DNA of 63,994 bases, counting the filler, from Octopus bimaculoides (taxonomy: Eukaryota): assembly GCF_001194135.2 (NCBI RefSeq). It is 7 parts of 6 records of this genome, joined end to end, with 100 filler letters (N's around TTAATTAATTAA, not from the genome) between each part and the next. Parts side by side here need not be neighbours in the genome. Positions count along the whole stretch, not along the records: positions 1 to 19,644 come from NC_068983.1; 6 more parts are not named here. One strand, written 5' to 3'. The notes below the pieces were generated by a model. That model did not search any database and had not been told where the DNA came from. It saw only the letters and a program-made list of their open reading frames with translations. This document shows, in pieces, positions 1 to 13,717 of this stretch. Positions within the stretch are counted from its first letter, which is position 1; each line of letters begins with the position of its first letter. A program made the translations under genes and the position numbers.

Positions 1-78
<78 letters not shown>

Positions 79-753
79 TATAGCATAGACTTATGAATGG
101 TGACAAATGTTCGTTTAATATACGTTGTAAACTATTAGTGAAACTCTGAGTAACATTGTAATGCATTGCAATGGCTTCTCTTTCACCTGATGTTCATAAA
201 TAATGCATATACATACGTACATACAAACACTTATATATATCCATAAACATATGCATGTGCATCTGTGAGTTTAAGCATATATAAGTATATGTAGACGTGC
301 GTGTGTCTGTTTTCCTGTATATATTTATATGTATTCTCCATGTATAAATAGAAACAGGTGTAGACATTCCTTGACATATATATCTCAAACAAAAAGCCAA
401 GATAAATATTATAGAGATTACGTATGATGATACACACTTGAATACGAAATACAATACACGACTATAACCGAATGTAAAGCCATAGAATTTATGGCTTCGA
501 AAGACGAAGGCAAATAAATAAAATAGAAGAAGCACAAATATCATAATATAAAAACAAAGCAAAATAACAAAACAAAACAAAACAGAACATTAAAAGACAA
601 TATCATTCAACAATAGAAAGGAACCTGTACTCTGTGTGTGTGTGTGTGTGTGTTCTTGTGTACGTATTTATGTATGTATGTATGTGTATGTGTATGTGCA
701 TGTTTGTACGTTTGTATGCGTGTGCGTTTATACATATACATATATACATATAC

Positions 754-823
<70 letters not shown>

Positions 824-1128
824 NNNNNNNNNNNNNNNNNNNNNNNNNNNNNNNNNNNNNNNNNNNNNNNNNNNNNNNNNNNNNNNNNNNNNNNNNNNNN
901 NNNNNNNNNNNNNNNNNNNNNNNNNNNNNNNNNNNNNNNNNNNNNNNNNNNNNNNNNNNNNNNNNNNNNNNNNNNNNNNNNNNNNNNNNNNNNNNNNNNN
1001 NNNNNNNNNNNNNNNNNNNNNNNNNNNNNNNNNNNNNNNNNNNNNNNNNNNNNNNNNNNNNNNNNNNNNNNNNNNNNNNNNNNNNNNNNNNNNNNNNNNN
1101 NNNNNNNNNNNNNNNNNNNNNNNNNNNN

Positions 1129-1175
<47 letters not shown>

Positions 1176-1763
1176 AGCATCTTTGTGATTGCATATGTAT
1201 ATATATATATATATAGTTACGTCAACATATATATGTATGCATACATACATATTTATACATCATTTATACATGTGCTTGTGCGTGTGTTTGTGTGTGTGAG
1301 TGTGTGTGTGTGTTTATACATGCGTCTATCTATGTATACAGATATATTTATATACAATGCTATGTGTGTACATGTACGTCTGTATGGATTTATAGGCATA
1401 CTTGTAAGCATGTTTCTATGTACGTATAAAAAAAAGTGCCACTCACTGCTTGTGAGCAGTGTCTCGCAAATCAATTCAGATCATAAAACATTGCAAAGAA
1501 CATGAGACAACCTTATAAAAGTGACTTGGTAAAATACATGATAGATTTTATACAAATGACCCTATTACGTATCACCGCACCTGGAACACTTTTATTTACA
1601 ACTGTAACAATATGGCGTCGTTTATATAAATCTTCTCGTGCCGATGTGTGTCGGTGTGTCTGCGTAACCGCCTCTGTTTGTATCTTTCAAGGCGTATGTA
1701 TGTGTGCAAGATAAGGCTGTCTTTCTTTTTCTTTTTAATGTTTTTATGCTCTGAAAAAATATA

Positions 1764-1814
<51 letters not shown>

Positions 1815-1932
1815 GTTGTGTGTGTGTATACACATATATATGTATATATGTATATATATGTATATATGTATGTATATATATGCATATATATATGTATATA
1901 TATATATACATCTCTACTCACATGTGCAAACT

Positions 1933-1966
<34 letters not shown>

Positions 1967-2691
1967 NNNNNNNNNNNNNNNNNNNNNNNNNNNNNNNNNN
2001 NNNNNNNNNNNNNNNNNNNNNNNNNNNNNNNNNNNNNNNNNNNNNNNNNNNNNNNNNNNNNNNNNNNNNNNNNNNNNNNNNNNNNNNNNNNNNNNNNNNN
2101 NNNNNNNNNNNNNNNNNNNNNNNNNNNNNNNNNNNNNNNNNNNNNNNNNNNNNNNNNNNNNNNNNNNNNNNNNNNNNNNNNNNNNNNNNNNNNNNNNNNN
2201 NNNNNNNNNNNNNNNNNNNNNNNNNNNNNNNNNNNNNNNNNNNNNNNNNNNNNNNNNNNNNNNNNNNNNNNNNNNNNNNNNNNNNNNNNNNNNNNNNNNN
2301 NNNNNNNNNNNNNNNNNNNNNNNNNNNNNNNNNNNNNNNNNNNNNNNNNNNNNNNNNNNNNNNNNNNNNNNNNNNNNNNNNNNNNNNNNNNNNNNNNNNN
2401 NNNNNNNNNNNNNNNNNNNNNNNNNNNNTATATATATATATATACATATATATATATGTGTATGTGTGTATATATGCTTATACACTTGCACATGTCAGTA
2501 GACATAGAGAGGTAGAGAGAAAGAGGGAAAGTCTCACGCTCTGTTTGTCTATCTGTCTTTTTGCCTATCTGTCAGTCTCTCTCTCTCTTTCTCTTCCCCC
2601 TCTCTCTCGCTCTGATATGCGCGCACACGCGTATTTATCATTATGTTATCACTAGCTTTTGATGAAAAACAACTTCGATGAATTACAGAGC

Positions 2692-2729
<38 letters not shown>

Positions 2730-3023
2730 AATTCATCACTCTCTCTTTCACTTTCTATCTCTCTCCACGCGCACAAACACACTAAACTGACACAGACACA
2801 CAGGCACAAAACTACACACGCACAGACACAGACACACACACAAACACACACACATGAACACATACCCCCTCCACTTTCTCACTCTGACGCAACCCTCTGT
2901 AAAGGTAAAATCTACGTGTTTAAATATGTGTGTATGTGCGTGTGTGTTTGTGTGTGTGTGCATATATTTATGTATTTTTTGTATGAATACGTATATATAC
3001 GTTGCATGAATAAATATATATAT

Positions 3024-3079
<56 letters not shown>

Positions 3080-3378
3080 GTATGTATGTACGTATGTATA
3101 TGTATGTATGTACGTATGGACGAAAACATTACGTTATCGTTTTTTGCGTCGATAATATATATCACTGCTGATGTTGAAATATAGTTCATTTTTAAAGCGC
3201 ATATACACACATATGCATACACATACAAAGAGAAAATGAGTAACTAACTTTCACGTATAAACACATATAAACATTTATAGAAATTCACACACAATCATAC
3301 GCATATATATACTGAAGTTACACTTAAATAGACACAAATATCTGAATGTATAAACGTAAACAAAGATATATATATCTA

Positions 3379-3418
<40 letters not shown>

Positions 3419-4207
3419 TATATACATATATATATACAAATGTATATACATGTTTGCGTATATATATGTATATGTATGACCATATATTTACGTATACCCT
3501 CATATATATATAAGCATACTTGAGCATGCTTCACTTGCATATAGAATATAAACTTGTGCTATCTTTAAAAATGTTTCATCTACTCGCAAGAATTAGATGG
3601 ATTTTCTATCGATATATACATACGCATACACACATACGCATATATATATATATAAAAATATATATATATATATATATATATATGCATGTATGATGTATGT
3701 ATACATATATATACGAATTCTTTGGAACGGAGTTTATTACAATAATTTTTTCCCTTGACAGCTCCACTATACGTAGTTTATTTAACTTCAACTGCAACAA
3801 CAGGAATATTTTTACTGATCATTTTTTTTGTACTTCTTATCTCTCTCCCCACCTTACTTACATCATACTTACTTTTATTTTTTTGTCCTGTTTTCTCTAT
3901 TGTTGTTGTTTTTGTTGTTGTTATTGTTGTTATTGTTGTTTTTCTCCAACCTCCTTCCCTTCACTAATCGTGGATCATTCAGGGAAAACCTACACGAGAA
4001 TAAATCAAAATAAATATAAATGATAAATGGATGTAAAAATGTATAGCGATAAATACGGGAACATTGTAAAGTTTAAGAGTATATATGTACAATCTGTAGA
4101 AATATATCAAACATATACCAAATGCACACCCACATACATGCATACATACATGCTTACATACATATATACATACATTTTTATATATGTAAGTATATATTTA
4201 TGTGTAA

Positions 4208-4265
<58 letters not shown>

Positions 4266-4499
4266 ATGTGTTAGAGCGTGTTAAGCAGTGGTTATGAAAG
4301 TTCTTTTAAGTTTAATCTAAAAATTATTCAATGTAGCGAAATATATTTTTATGTTTAAAACGTATATCTTTTCGTTGCAGACGGTGCCTTGATATGTATT
4401 TTCACCACGCTGCTGTAGTCCCAGCTAGGATTGCACCAGTACTAAGTGATATCATACAATCCTTCTGTCACTTTTATACTTTATTTTCTCGAAACTTGA

Positions 4500-4990
4500 C
4501 TTCTTTCAATGTTTTTCTATATAATTTCTTTCCTCTTCTTCTTTCTTATATTTCGACAATGGACCACTTATCCGAAACGTCGTTATCTGTTCGTTTCCCT
4601 CACAGCATATCGCACTCCTATTCTACTCACAAGTGCTGTACTATTTTCTGCCATTACTCATAGTTTCTCTTCGGCACAGTTCCCTCCAATTTTGAAACTG
4701 CTAGCCTCAATTTTCCATCGCTAGGAATTACTATCTAACCATTTTCTCTGATCATGGATTTACCTAAGAAATATCCTATCTAAACTGGATTTAATTGGAT
4801 TTCCACATCCTTTCTAGACATAATGAAGCATAACAACTATCACTGATGAGGAACTTTCTTCCACTGTTACATATGTTTATTCTATCTCTCTCCGATGAGT
4901 GAGTACTCAGCATGGTATCTTCGCACGAGACGATGTTCCAATAACTGAGATATCTAAATCTTTTGTTATACAGCTAAATTAAGAATCCTT
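4500..4990 (+). mobile_element. Possible highly decayed Penelope-like GIY-YIG/3' end remnant
   Basis: Weak peptide resemblance to a GIY-YIG C-terminus (HLSETSLSVRF; SAITHSF..ILKLLAS), followed by a decayed hammerhead-like core CCGATGA-GTG..CAC-GAGAC near 4895-4945. Confidence 0.25.
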
Positions 4991-5306
4991 ATAAATTCTT
5001 GCCAGACTGTTTGCCTTTTCTTTTCTACTTTAACCTATAGCTACCGACTCAAAGTGAAGCCACATCTAGCCACTTTGGATAAGGGAGTCAAAAAAATCAC
5101 AACTTCAACTGTAGTTCAAGCTGTAATCTTAGTGGCATACTTATCTGAGCGCTGAGAGCGCATACTTGTTAGTTTGAGTCACCCTGACGAAAACTCCTCG
5201 GATCTTTAATACCCCCACACACAAACAAGCACGAACACACATATATGTATACTATATATATGTGCATACATGCACACGCACAAATGTATATGCATACATA
5301 TAAATA

Positions 5307-5351
<45 letters not shown>

Positions 5352-5999
5352 NNNNNNNNNNNNNNNNNNNNNNNNNNNNNNNNNNNNNNNNNNNNNNNNN
5401 NNNNNNNNNNNNNNNNNNNNNNNNNNNNNNNNNNNNNNNNNNNNNNNNNNNNNNNNNNNNNNNNNNNNNNNNNNNNNNNNNNNNNNNNNNNNNNNNNNNN
5501 NNNNNNNNNNNNNNNNNNNNNNNNNNNNNNNNNNNNNNNNNNNNNNNNNNNNNNNNNNNNNNNNNNNNNNNNNNNNNNNNNNNNNNNNNNNNNNNNNNNN
5601 NNNNNNNNNNNNNNNNNNNNNNNNNNNNNNNNNNNNNNNNNNNNNNNNNNNNNNNNNNNNNNNNNNNNNNNNNNNNNNNNNNNNNNNNNNNNNNNNNNNN
5701 NNNNNNNNNNNNNNNNNNNNNNNNNNNNNNNNNNNNNNNNNNNNNNNNNNNNNNNNNNNNNNNNNNNNNNNNNNNNNNNNNNNNNNNNNNNNNNNNNNNN
5801 NNNNNNNNNNNNNNNNNNNNNNNNNNNNNNNNNNNNNNNNNNNNNNNNNNNNNNNNNNNNNNNNNNNNNNNNNNNNNNNNNNNNNNNNNNNNNNNNNNNN
5901 NNNNNNNNNNNNNNNNNNNNNNNNNNNNNNNNNNNNNNNNNNNNNNNNNNNNNNNNNNNNNNNNNNNNNNNNNNNNNNNNNNNNNNNNNNNNNATATAC

Positions 6000-6340
6000 A
6001 CCTCGTTTTCGTTGTCGTCATCCTCTTCCTCCACTTCATTTTCATTATGAGACTCGGTATTATTGTTCGACTATTCCTCCTCCTTCCCTACAACTCCTGC
6101 CCCTCCGCCTCATCATCATTATTATTATTATTATTATCATCATCATCATCATCGTCATCATTATCACCACTATCATCATCATCATCATCATCATAATCAT
6201 CACCATCATCATCATCATCATCATCATCATTATCATCATCATCATCATCACCACCACCACTATCATCATCATCATCTTCGTTATTATCATCATCGTCATT
6301 ATCATAAAGAGCAGCGGCATTGTAATCGTTGCCGTTGTTG
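6000..6340. repeat. (CAT)n/(TAT)n trinucleotide mosaic microsatellite
   Basis: Direct inspection; explains the poly-I, poly-H and poly-D ORFs. Confidence 0.95.
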
Positions 6341-6584
6341 TCAATACAGAATGGATTGATTTTTTTTAATGTTCTGCTTTCTAACTCTTCTGTGTATGAA
6401 AAGCTATTCAACCAATATATTTCATACAATAAAGTGGTTTTATCAGGCTCAATATTTTTCTCTGGAAATCGATAGGCAATATGTTTCAGCATTCACTCAT
6501 TGTCGACGACCAAGTTATGTCTAGGAAAATGTCACCGTCCGTGTCATCAACTGGTGTAGCAGGCATGAAATTAAAACAGATATG

Positions 6585-6900
6585 TGGGAAACGTCGGTAG
6601 AACAACGTAGAGCGGTGTTAAAACGTCATAGAACAACGTTATAGTTGCTATTGAAGAGCATTGATAGAAATACGTTAAAACAAATAATGACGTTAAGACG
6701 TTACAACGACGTTCAACGCTAGGATGACGTTAAAATCACGTTATAACAACGTTAGAGAGACGTTAGAAGGACGTTAAAACAACGTTACGACAACGTTACG
6801 ACTATGTAAGAATTACGATGAATGATGTTAAAAACAATTTTAGATAAACACTAGAACTACAATAAAAGGGAATTTGGACAACGTTAGGACACTTTTAGAA
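6585..6900. repeat. Degenerate tandem array with ~11-bp period (consensus ACAACGTTANN)
   Basis: Consecutive units acaacgttaga, gagacgttaga, aggacgttaaa, acaacgttacg, acaacgttacg at ~6745-6800; ACGTT recurs throughout. Confidence 0.75.
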
Positions 6901-6944
6901 CTATGTTCGAATTATATCAGAGCGACGTTAAACGGCGAAATTTG

Positions 6945-7330
6945 AACTCCCTATGCAAAGAGCTAGAAGAAATGTTGCTAAGCATTCTTTCAATATCATA
7001 CTTCCTGTTCAGTGCCCTGTATTTTTGTTCGCTTTTAAACTCCCGCTTTTCTTTTCGGTCTAATACAGAAATGTCCTTAGAGAGCATATTTAACCCCGCC
7101 TGTATTCTTCGTTTCCACCATAGATCTTTTCTTTTGTCACTCCTATGATATTTCTTTTTCCTGACATCAACACCCACATTTTTTTGCTACAACAATACTT
7201 CCTGCTTTGATCAAATTATTTGTTTCTGTGATGTTTTTTTTTTTTTTTTGTTCTGATGTATTTCAGAATTTTATTCACATTTTTCATTTCTTGGTTCAAT
7301 TTCCACCGATCAAACTTTTTAAGGTTGCAA
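6945..7330 (-). mobile_element. R4/Dong-clade LINE, N-terminal (pre-RT) ORF fragment
   Basis: Minus-strand translation KLNQEMKNVNKILKYI..ITETNNLIKAGSIVV..WWKRRIQAGLNMLSKDISVL..LNRKY resembles the region upstream of RT in R4/Dong ORFs. Confidence 0.65.
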
Positions 7331-8980
7331 AGAGATGTTACAGCACCACTGAAAACTTGAGGCGGGGAAATAACGAAACACCCTCATGTAATACAACAGA
7401 GACATTTAAGGATAGAGTTTTTCTAAGGATGTGGGCAGTTCTTGTCAGAACAATCTTTTGGATTTCTCTGAGGCATAGTTCTCCTGAATTTTATCCAGAT
7501 GTTTCTGACTTTCCTGTTTTATCATACATAGGGCACCTACAATAATAGAAAGAGTTGATCTTTTGTATTTCAATTTCCAAGTCCATATATTTAGTCAGTC
7601 TGTCAAATTCCTCGACAGATATATTTTTATCAGTGGGAACACTTACATCTATTAGTTTACAAGTACTTTATTCTCTGACGTTAATAATTATGTCTGGTCA
7701 ATTAGCCTGGATCATTCTGTCAGTGTTGACTGGAATATCCCGAAGGATAGTAATATTTTAACTTCGACGACTGGCTCAGGATGATGTTCATATCAGTAAG
7801 TGGGTGTGCTGGTTTTGTAGTGTTTATATATTTTCCAGTGTAAATACTGTCCTACACTATTGTGGTGATTTTTGTATTCGTTTGGTATCAGCACAGGGCA
7901 CCTGAAGATGAGGTGGTCTATTGTTTCGTCAAATGTGTCGCAGAATCTGCATTTAGGGTTAGAACCGTTTTGAAGAACGTTAGACAGGTAGTTTTTGGTA
8001 AGCAAGCTTTGATCTTGTGCTGTCAATATGAAACCTTCAGTCTCTGCTTTCAGTCCTGAGTTACTCAGCCTCTAAAGGGTTGTTGCTTGATCTACATCAG
8101 CATTTCGACTTCGAAGTATATACTGTCAATGCAGAGGCTTCTGGCTCTACCGCTCCTCTTCGCTCCGTTCTTTTTTGCAGTCTGTTTGATCCACTTTGCT
8201 TATTTTGCGGCAGTGGTTGCCGGTTCTTCAAATAATATTTGCGAATTTTCAAGCTTCCTTGACAATAGAATGTGATATTTTACTGCTTTCGTGTTTGCAC
8301 GCAAATCGTAGCGTTCAGTCCTCTGTACTAGATAAGTACACTAGATGCCAGATGCTATTGTGGAGGTCTTATAATACAGTCCTACCTGCATCATTCCTCT
8401 TCTCTCATTAGTTCTAGGTAGGTACAGACGATCAACATCTGCTTTTACGTGGTGCATATCCTTAGAAATAATTAGCTTCTTTGTTTTCATATCCAGGCTT
8501 TGGATGTCTGCAAGATTCTAGTTAATGATGTTAAAACTATATTGGACTACTGGAAGTGCTTGGGTGTTAATGGCTTCGATGTGATTTTTAGAGTTAAGTT
8601 CAGTTTTAATTATGTGTCTTATTCTCCAGTAATATTCCTTTCTTATTATTTCCTTCATGGTAGCATGTTGAATACCATCTCCTTCGTTTATCCCCAGGTA
8701 TTTGTAATTTTATTGTGGAGCAAGCTCCTGATGTTTGTGTCGGTATCTAATTTAATGGAAACTATTTGCCTGAGCTTGCATCTTGCAAAAGTTGCACTTA
8801 TCAAGGCCAAAATCTATCCCGATGTCATTGCTGAACTCTTTAACAGTTATTAGCAGTCCTGCTAGCTCATCGTCATTTATAGCAAACAACTTCAGACCGC
8901 CCATATAAAACAGATGGTTTATTGTCGTATTGTAAATTTTGAACCCATACTTGGTGCTATTTAGTTCGTTTGAGAGCGGG
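7330..8980 (-). mobile_element. 5'-truncated R4/Dong-clade non-LTR retrotransposon (RT C-half, CCHC knuckle, RLE endonuclease), pseudogenised
   Basis: INHLFYMGGLKLFA..V.EFSNDIGIDFGLDKC (degenerate YMDD motif); AQDQSL..CRFCDTFDETIDHLIFRCP..HNSVGQYLHW; PDIII..CKLIDVSVPTDKN..TKYMDLEIEI. Stops and frameshifts present. Confidence 0.9.
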
Positions 8981-9042
<62 letters not shown>

Positions 9043-9543
9043 CATTATTATTAATATTATTATTATTTTTATTATTATTANNNNNNNNNNNNNNNNNNNN
9101 NNNNNNNNNNNNNNNNNNNNNNNNNNNNNNNNNNNNNNNNNNNNNNNNNNNNNNNNNNNNNNNNNNNNNNNNNNNNNNNNNNNNNNNNNNNNNNNNNNNN
9201 NNNNNNNNNNNNNNNNNNNNNNNNNNNNNNNNNNNNNNNNNNNNNNNNNNNNNNNNNNNNNNNNNNNNNNNNNNNNNNNNNNNNNNNNNNNNNNNNNNNN
9301 NNNNNNNNNNNNNNNNNNNNNNNNNNNNNNNNNNNNNNNNNNNNNNNNNNNNNNNNNNNNNNNNNNNNNNNNNNNNNNNNNNNNNNNNNNNNNNNNNNNN
9401 NNNNNNNNNNNNNNNNNNNNNNNNNNNNNNNNNNNNNNNNNNNNNNNNNNNNNNNNNNNNNNNNNNNNNNNNNNNNNNNNNNNNNNNNNNNNNNNNNNNN
9501 NNNNNNNNNNNNNNNNNNNNNNNNNNNNNNNNNNNNNCGAACA

Positions 9544-9603
<60 letters not shown>

Positions 9604-9620
9604 TAGTATTATTATCATTG
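8981..9620. repeat. (TTA)n microsatellite spanning a gap, abutting the 5' junction of the Dong-like copy
   Basis: Direct inspection on both sides of gap 9081-9537. Confidence 0.9.
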
Positions 9621-9860
9621 TTAATTTTTTTTTACATCGACTTTGTAATGGAAAGAACTTTGGTTGTGTCACATCGAATTGAAGTAACATTGGGGATTAA
9701 ATTCATGATGTACTCCATTGTTGAAATTCTATATCTTCTCATCCTTGTATATACTTGCATTGAAGTATATACAAATATCTATTTTAACTACGTATATATC
9801 CACACGCATATACACACAGATTTACAGACACGCTAACACAAACATATATGTGTGTGTGTA

Positions 9861-9909
<49 letters not shown>

Positions 9910-10495
9910 NNNNNNNNNNNNNNNNNNNNNNNNNNNNNNNNNNNNNNNNNNNNNNNNNNNNNNNNNNNNNNNNNNNNNNNNNNNNNNNNNNNNNNNNNNN
10001 NNNNNNNNNNNNNNNNNNNNNNNNNNNNNNNNNNNNNNNNNNNNNNNNNNNNNNNNNNNNNNNNNNNNNNNNNNNNNNNNNNNNNNNNNNNNNNNNNNNN
10101 NNNNNNNNNNNNNNNNNNNNNNNNNNNNNNNNNNNNNNNNNNNNNNNNNNNNNNNNNNNNNNNNNNNNNNNNNNNNNNNNNNNNNNNNNNNNNNNNNNNN
10201 NNNNNNNNNNNNNNNNNNNNNNNNNNNNNNNNNNNNNNNNNNNNNNNNNNNNNNNNNNNNNNNNNNNNNNNNNNNNNNNNNNNNNNNNNNNNNNNNNNNN
10301 NNNNNNNNNNNNNNNNNNNNNNNNNNNNNNNNNNNNNNNNNNNNNNNNNNNNNNNNNNNNNNNNNNNNNNNNNNNNNNNNNNNNNNNNNNNNNNNNNNNN
10401 NNNNNNNNNNNNNNNNNNNNNNNNNNNNNNNNNNNNNNNNNNNNNNNNNNNNNNNNNNNNNNNNNNNNNNNNNNNNNNNNNNNNNNNNNNNNNNN

Positions 10496-10532
<37 letters not shown>

Positions 10533-11443
10533 ACATACATATATATATTTACATGTATATGTACGTGTGCGTGTGTGTGCATGTATACATAAACGTATAT
10601 AATATACCTATTTACATATTTATACTTAGGTGACATCTGGAAAACTGGAAAATATTTTGTTTTCTGATAAAAAAAGAACCTAAAAATATGTGTAATTTTC
10701 CACGTCCGTGGATTTCCGTAAAGATTCCAAAATGGCGTAACAATATTTCACGCATATGTAATATAAGTGGATTTAGAAAAGTCTGCTGTAGAAGTTATAA
10801 GAATCCGATGCAAAGACTGAGTGTTTATGAATTTAGAACAAAACTCCATCACAGAAATACCACGGTAGGTGGCTCCTCATAAGCATAGTCAGCAATATGA
10901 AAAAAGATTATCCTAGTGGATGTAAACTGTATCCTTTGGTTCTTTAATCCGAAACAGATTAAAGATGGAATTTTGCGTTCTAGGGAAGTTAAAATACTAT
11001 TGTTTTATTATCCGTCTTCGTTTGTATTTTCTCTTTTCCCTGATATTATCAATGTTAGTAGTAGTAGTAGTAGAATTAGTAGTAGTAGTATTAGGATTTG
11101 TTTTTGCTTTGTGTAACCGAACAAAATGTTATAATGCATCAGGTAGTTGCCATAAAAATGGTTTCCTACAAAATCAAGTTCTGTTGCATTAAACAAATAC
11201 ACCGAAATTTTATCCGGAAAGATTATTAAGTTGTATGAGGAATTATGCGCCTTTATCTTGATTAAAAGACTTTGCTGCTTTAGGCGACTGAAAAAAAAAA
11301 ACAAGTTTGTTATTGTTTATAGATTTTACATTACAGACAAACACATACATACGTGTATATATGTTTATATATGTATATATATTTCTATATTTCTGTGTGT
11401 GTGTGTGTGTGTGTACATATATACATACATACATACGTACATA

Positions 11444-11520
<77 letters not shown>

Positions 11521-12599
11521 TTACATATAAACACAGACATATGTGCGCAGGCTGTATGATAAGGTTAACTATGTATGGCTATGTGAATGTGTAAAAATGT
11601 GCATGCATAAACGTATGTACGAATTTACGTGTCGGCATATGAATGTACGTATATTTGTATGACTATACGCATGATTGTAAATACCAAAGCTGCTATGTAT
11701 GTATGTATGTAAAAAGGTATACATGACTATAAATACGTATGTNNNNNNNNNNNNNNNNNNNNNNNNNNNNNNNNNNNNNNNNNNNNNNNNNNNNNNNNNN
11801 NNNNNNNNNNNNNNNNNNNNNNNNNNNNNNNNNNNNNNNNNNNNNNNNNNNNNNNNNNNNNNNNNNNNNNNNNNNNNNNNNNNNNNNNNNNNNNNNNNNN
11901 NNNNNNNNNNNNNNNNNNNNNNNNNNNNNNNNNNNNNNNNNNNNNNNNNNNNNNNNNNNNNNNNNNNNNNNNNNNNNNNNNNNNNNNNNNNNNNNNNNNN
12001 NNNNNNNNNNNNNNNNNNNNNNNNNNNNNNNNNNNNNNNNNNNNNNNNNNNNNNNNNNNNNNNNNNNNNNNNNNNNNNNNNNNNNNNNNNNNNNNNNNNN
12101 NNNNNNNNNNNNNNNNNNNNNNNNNNNNNNNNNNNNNNNNNNNNNNNNNNNNNNNNNNNNNNNNNNNNNNNNNNNNNNNNNNNNNNNNNNNNNNNNNNNN
12201 NNNNNNNNNNNNNNNNNNNNNNNNNNNNNNNNNNNNNNNNNNNNNNNNNNNNNNNNNNNNNNNNNNNNNNNNNNNNNNNNNNNNNNNNNNNNNNNNNNNN
12301 NNNNNNNNNNNNNNNNNNNNNNNNNNNNNNNNNNNNNNNNNNNNNNNNNNNNNNNNNNNNNNNNNNNNNNNNNNNNNNNNNNNNNNNNNNNNNNNNNNNN
12401 NNNNNNNNNNNNNNNNNNNTATATATATACATACACACACATATATATATATACATAGACTTTTGCAGGCATGGTGAGGGAAACTTTAAGTTCTAGTTAG
12501 CTGGTAGACTTTGACTGAAGAGAAACATGCACCTATTTGGCGCTAATTTCGAAACCGGTACCAAGTTGATCAGTATTACTTGTGTTGATTTAGCAGAGG

Positions 12600-13260
12600 T
12601 AAGACGTTTTCAATGTTCATATTTCTAAATATCTTAGCTTTGCTTCGCATTTTCTCTTTCTTTTATGTCACTTACCTCAGCTATGTCCTTGGTGATACAT
12701 TTCCTGCTTAATCCATCAGTTCACGAATCACTGTTCTGCTGTCCTTGGTAAAGATAACGCGTACGAGGTAGGACAGTGGATCGAATTACAAATCTACGAC
12801 GTCTCACTTCTATTCAAAACACCATTATAGGGTCCTCCTTACATCGCATATCATTCCCTAAGATCCTAATATTTCACGTTCTTCTTTTCAAGTGTCTACT
12901 CAATATTGGCTTTGCACAGGACAGAGAACCCAACGTTCATCTCAGATTCTTTTCGTATGAGATCATGTCGTAGAAACAGGTCCTTGTTCGGTGAATGCAA
13001 TATGGCTTGCCAACAGGAACACACTCTTCAACTTTACATGTAACTTAGAGCTATTACCACCTTGTAGTGTTTTGGTAACAACTGTTCTATATTTACGTTT
13101 CTGCGTTGCATTTACTTACTGTCTTTACTGGAAACAGAAAGGGCCAATTTTGATTTCTTTGTTGTTACTCCTTGTTGTTTAAACGCGTCATCTAAGACAG
13201 TCAATACTGTAATACTATCTGATATCCTGTGACGGACAGCCTTTTAATAACTCCCAACTG
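12600..13260 (-). mobile_element. Possible old RLE-type (R2/NeSL-like) LINE 3' remnant
   Basis: Minus-strand frame with stops: ..GCP.., LFLRHDLIRKE..NVGFSVL..TLEKKNVKY*DL, loosely matching the RPDL..DV....K..KY motif. Confidence 0.3.
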
Positions 13261-13469
13261 TAATACATTACAACTACAACTTTATCTAATATTCCTCCTT
13301 CTCCCCCTCATCATCATCATTGCCGTCATCGTCGTTGTCATCATCACCGTTCTCATCATGATCATCATCACCATCATGATCATCACGACCATGATCATCA
13401 TCAGCGTGATCACCATGATGATGATGATCATCATGATGATCATCATCAATACATGGCCATTACAGTTTC

Positions 13470-13717
13470 GACCCGTGGGACTCTCATGATCAGTCACCAG
13501 TTTCTATGTCGTATTAGTGACCGAGCTGAATCAACGATCCTGCTAAGCAGGACGTCAGTATATCGCAAAGTAACCCATTTCACAGCTGAGGGAAGTAGAG
13601 CAACGAGAAATGAACTGTTTTGGACAAGATCACAAGGTCCCCCCCCCTTCTTTCGGGAATCGAAAACGTCTGATATTACAATGGAGATCGAAAGTTAGAC
13701 ATACTAACCACTAAGCC
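13470..13717 (-). mobile_element. tRNA-derived SINE
   Basis: Minus strand begins GGCTTAGTGGTTAG (A box) and contains GTTTTCGATTCCCG (B-box-like); ends in (GAT)n simple repeat. Confidence 0.55.

Noticed and set aside
603-2655. Long ORFs such as [12 protein letters not shown] here and throughout
   Set aside because: Translations of (TA)n, (TG)n and (TATG)n microsatellites plus N gaps.
4343-4663. Acceptor-like TTTTCGTTGCAG at 4380 and ORF MYFHHAAVVPARIAP
   Set aside because: No recognisable domain or convincing donor; runs into a probable repeat remnant.
13670-13717. tRNA-like A/B boxes here and at 18275, 20400-20480, 28640-28710, 47660
   Set aside because: No full cloverleaf; these are SINE heads, not tRNA genes.
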